Source of the DNA: Coriobacteriia bacterium
GTDB lineage: Bacteria; Actinomycetota; Coriobacteriia; Anaerosomatales; PALSA-660
Assembly: GCA_023252055.1 (NCBI GenBank)
Contig: JAHEXP010000005.1
Coordinates: 1 to 50,987, forward strand
Direction: 5' to 3'
DNA: 50,987 nucleotides
Shown: one piece after another, positions 48,560 through 50,987 of the stretch
Layout of the letters: every line of letters begins with the position of its first letter
How positions within the stretch are numbered: position 1 is the first letter of the stretch
The notes under the pieces: generated by a model
Seen by the model: the letters and a program-made list of their open reading frames with translations, nothing else
Database searches by the model: none
What the model was told of the DNA's origin: nothing
Made by a program: the position numbers and the translations under genes

Positions 48560-48791
48560 AAGGTTGCCTTCCGCACATCGCTGCGACCGTTCGGGCGTCG
48601 CAGCGATGGTAGCGCACTCCGCCGGCGGCGGGAGTGCACGCGGCGACGGGGGGGGTCGGGTCACCGGCCTCATCGGTCGCGGGCGATTGCGAGCGGTAAC
48701 GGCTGCTGCTACCGTTCGAGTCGCCCCTGCTCCACCGGCAGAGGCTTCCGGGGGGACGAGAGGGGTGAGCCCGGTGGAGGGTGTTTCGAAC

Positions 48792-50840
48792 ATGGTCGCC
48801 GGGGGGCGTCGCCCGTTCAAGCGCGCCGTGCCATGGGTCCTGGCGATGGCGCTGGTCATCGTTTCCGCTCTCGTCCTGATAGGGCGATGGGACTTTCTCG
48901 CCTACCACTCGGTGATCGAGATCATCGCCTCGGCCGTCGGATTCGCGATCTTCGCCATCTCGTGGCACACGCGCCGCCTGGTGGACGACGACTTCCTGAC
49001 AGTGCTGGGGATCGCTCAGTTCTTCGTGGCCTCGCTGATCTCCCTCCACGTCCTCACCTACAACGGCATGGCCGTATTCTCCACAGCTACGCCGACCACG
49101 GCTTCGCAGTTCTGGATACTGCTTCGCGGCTTGCAAGCCGCGGGGCTCGTCGCAGCGCCTGCCTTCATCGGCCGGCGGATCGCACGGCCCTACCTCGCCT
49201 TCGCCGCATTCGGGATCCCGGCGGTCTTCGGCACCTACGCGATATTCGCCGGGATCTTCCCCGTCACCTTCACCCCGGGAAGCGGGCTGACTCCGTTCAA
49301 GATCTACGCCGAATGGTCCATCGTGGCGGGGATGCTCGCGGGCATGTGGCTGGTGTGGCGCAAGCGCGAGCGGCTCGAGCGGCGCGTGGTCGTGGACCTC
49401 GTTTCCGCCATCGCGTGCATGATCGCCGCAGAGCTCGTCTTCATGTCGTACACCACGCTGACCGACCTCCAGAGCATCGTCGGGCACATCCTCCACATCA
49501 CTTCCGTGTACTTCATCTATCGGGCGCTGGTCGCGCGTTCGTTGGAGGACCCGTTCTCTGTGCTGTTCCGGCGCCTCGCTCAGCGCGAGGAGGCGCTACG
49601 CGAGGAGAACCGGCTCTCCGAGGGGCTCAACCGCATCGTCAGCCTGATCGGGTCGTCGCTGGACGCGGGCGACATCCTCTCGCAGGCGCTCGTGGGAGCC
49701 GCCGAGTTGGTGGGGGCCGATGGAGCTGGCATTGCGACCCGCGACAGCGCGGACACGTTCTGTGTCGTCCACGCCTACGGCTCCGGGTTCGAGGCGACGC
49801 GCGGCGAGTCCTTGGATCGCGCCCGTGTGCCGCACATCTTCCTTGCCGCAGAGAGCCGCGAACCGGTCGTCATCGCGGACGCGGACGAGACCGACGTCGG
49901 GCGCCCCAGCGCTGAAGCGTTCGGGACCCGCTCGCTCATGGCGATCCCCCTCATCTCGCGGGGCAAGGCGACGGGCGCGATGACCCTGCACTGGCGCGAG
50001 CGCCCTGCTTCCATAGACTCGCCAAGGCTCTTGCTGTTCGCGCGGAAGTTCGCATCCGCGCTGTCGCTCGCGCTCGACAACGCCCATCTCTACGAGGGCG
50101 AGCACCGTGTCGCCGAGACGCTGCAGAACGCGATGGCAGCGTCCATCAAGAGCACCCCACGGATGGAACTCGGCAGCGTGTACCGCTCCGCGCCGGGGGT
50201 TGGAAAGATCGGCGGAGACTTCTTCGACGTCTTCGAGCTGCCGACCGGGCAGATCGCTTTCGTGCTCGGAGACGTGTGCGGTAAAGGCATCGAGGCTGCG
50301 GCCACGAGCACGCTCACCCGCTCGACGCTGCGCGCCCTCGCATACCGCACTCCCAAAGACCCTGCCCGCGTTCTCGAGGACGCCAGCGAGGCGCTCCGCC
50401 ACCAGCTCGGATCCGCGGAGTTCGTCACCGCGGCCTTCGGCGTGATCGACCCGTCCGACGGCAGCGTCGCCATCGCGCTCGCGGGCCACCCTGAACCCGT
50501 GGTATGTGGCCGGCCGGATCTCGTCCCGGACGCGGGCAGCCGTAACCCGCCGCTCTCCGTGGCCGCGGCCGTAGGAGGAGCGTGGACGTTCGCTCTTGCC
50601 CCCGACGACGTTCTCGTCCTGTACTCAGACGGTATCTGCGAAGCGCGTCGCGACCGAGAGCTGTTCGGCATCGAGCGCGTCCGCGCCGCGTTGAGCTCGT
50701 GCGCGGGTCTGACGTGCCAAGAGGTCGCCGATTCCCTGCTCGCCGCTGTCACGGCCTTTTCGGGCGGCGACCTGCACGACGATGTGGCGGTGCTGGCCCT
50801 GCGGGCCCGCCCTGCAGCGCCCGGGCACGCCGACGGCTGA
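48792..50840 (+). CDS. Sensor protein phosphatase with a MASE3-like membrane domain, a GAF domain and a PP2C/SpoIIE (RsbU-like) domain.
   Basis: The start was placed at ATG 48792 because the longer ORF would overlap the divergent gene. Motifs are YHSVIEIIASAVGFAIFAISW (MASE3-like), a GAF segment, and GGDFFDVF...GDVCGKG...YSDGI (PP2C). Confidence 0.8.
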   Translation: MVAGGRRPFKRAVPWVLAMALVIVSALVLIGRWDFLAYHSVIEIIASAVGFAIFAISWHTRRLVDDDFLTVLGIAQFFVASLISLHVLTYNGMAVFSTATPTTASQFWILLRGLQAAGLVAAPAFIGRRIARPYLAFAAFGIPAVFGTYAIFAGIFPVTFTPGSGLTPFKIYAEWSIVAGMLAGMWLVWRKRERLERRVVVDLVSAIACMIAAELVFMSYTTLTDLQSIVGHILHITSVYFIYRALVARSLEDPFSVLFRRLAQREEALREENRLSEGLNRIVSLIGSSLDAGDILSQALVGAAELVGADGAGIATRDSADTFCVVHAYGSGFEATRGESLDRARVPHIFLAAESREPVVIADADETDVGRPSAEAFGTRSLMAIPLISRGKATGAMTLHWRERPASIDSPRLLLFARKFASALSLALDNAHLYEGEHRVAETLQNAMAASIKSTPRMELGSVYRSAPGVGKIGGDFFDVFELPTGQIAFVLGDVCGKGIEAAATSTLTRSTLRALAYRTPKDPARVLEDASEALRHQLGSAEFVTAAFGVIDPSDGSVAIALAGHPEPVVCGRPDLVPDAGSRNPPLSVAAAVGGAWTFALAPDDVLVLYSDGICEARRDRELFGIERVRAALSSCAGLTCQEVADSLLAAVTAFSGGDLHDDVAVLALRARPAAPGHADG

Positions 50841-50877
50841 TAGAACCCCTCTCCGAGCGCCCGACCCCGTCGAACAC

Positions 50878-50912
50878 GAACGCCCGCCTCCCATCACGGG
50901 AAGCGGGCGTTC
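50878..50912. terminator. Terminator-like hairpin between the phosphatase gene and the convergent tRNA.
   Basis: GAACGCCCGC / GCGGGCGTTC form a 10-bp stem, plus an inner TCCC/GGGA pairing. There is no clear U-tract. Confidence 0.5.
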
Positions 50913-50925
50913 GGCATGTGCGTTC

Positions 50926-50987
50926 TGGCGGAGAGGGAGGGATTCGAACCCTCGTAGGAGGGGATACCTCCTAAACAGTTTTCGAGA
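50926..50987 (-). tRNA. tRNA-Ser (anticodon CGA), 3' portion only; it is truncated by the window edge.
   Basis: The reverse strand reads ...t CTCGAAA actgt, then a long variable arm (ggagg tatcc cctcc), the T-arm GAGGG TTCGAAT CCCTC, the acceptor strand CCTCTCC, a discriminator G and an encoded CCA. Confidence 0.85.

Noticed and set aside
50926-50987. The edge tRNA as tRNA-Sec, which would support the selenoprotein candidate.
   Set aside because: The anticodon loop reads CU-CGA-AA (Ser, CGA), not UCA. The long variable arm is normal for tRNA-Ser. It therefore gives no evidence for Sec machinery.

Overview
Very high-GC, gene-dense chromosomal window that looks like a Gram-positive actinobacterium (lineage is inference only). 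I saw no transposase, integrase, CRISPR array or rRNA. All protein-family calls come from motif recognition by eye, without HMM or BLAST. Many long ORFs in the track are antisense or out-of-frame shadows typical of GC-rich DNA and were ignored. Several real starts were moved downstream of the longest-ORF start on Shine-Dalgarno evidence.

Contents, left to right:
- 1-1361: 5' part of a secreted repeat-rich surface protein gene.
- 1584-5023: acyltransferase-3, a flippase-like membrane protein and a GT4 glycosyltransferase.
- 5115-10631: histidine utilisation locus, hutI-hutU-hutH with a divergent, frameshifted hutG.
- 10705-15055: MarR regulator plus a heterodimeric ABC exporter.
- 15086-22468: small lipoprotein, PaaI thioesterase, a second surface protein (InlB-B-type repeats), an orphan domain ORF, an NTF2-like protein, a Zn-ADH, a SAM methyltransferase and a secreted NlpC/P60 hydrolase.
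- 22591-29787: six-gene corrinoid-dependent methyltransferase operon (two MtaA/CmuA-type methyltransferases, corrinoid protein, HyuA-like ATPase, RACo activator, DUF1638).
- 29920-33090: dienelactone hydrolase, GlsB/YeaQ protein, a thioredoxin-NHL protein whose CxxC motif starts with an in-frame TGA, and an MBL hydrolase.
- 33123-37555: GGDEF sensor, ATP-grasp and GT2 string.
- 37725-41513: metallophosphoesterase, small coiled-coil protein and two coupled membrane proteins.
- 41574-47296: envelope-glycan operon (ugd, GT2, flippase-like, FrhB-pyruvyltransferase fusion).
- 47588-48559: TiaS-N-terminal-like protein plus a Cys-rich miniprotein.
- 48792-50840: MASE3-GAF-SpoIIE phosphatase.
- 50926-50987: truncated tRNA-Ser(CGA) at the right edge.

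Most interesting observations:
- The selenocysteine candidate at 31084.
- The corrinoid methyltransferase operon with unclear methyl donor and acceptor and an embedded HyuA-like ATPase.
- A shared N-terminal Cys-x(2/4)-Cys-His domain on two surface proteins.
- The TiaS-like gene pair.
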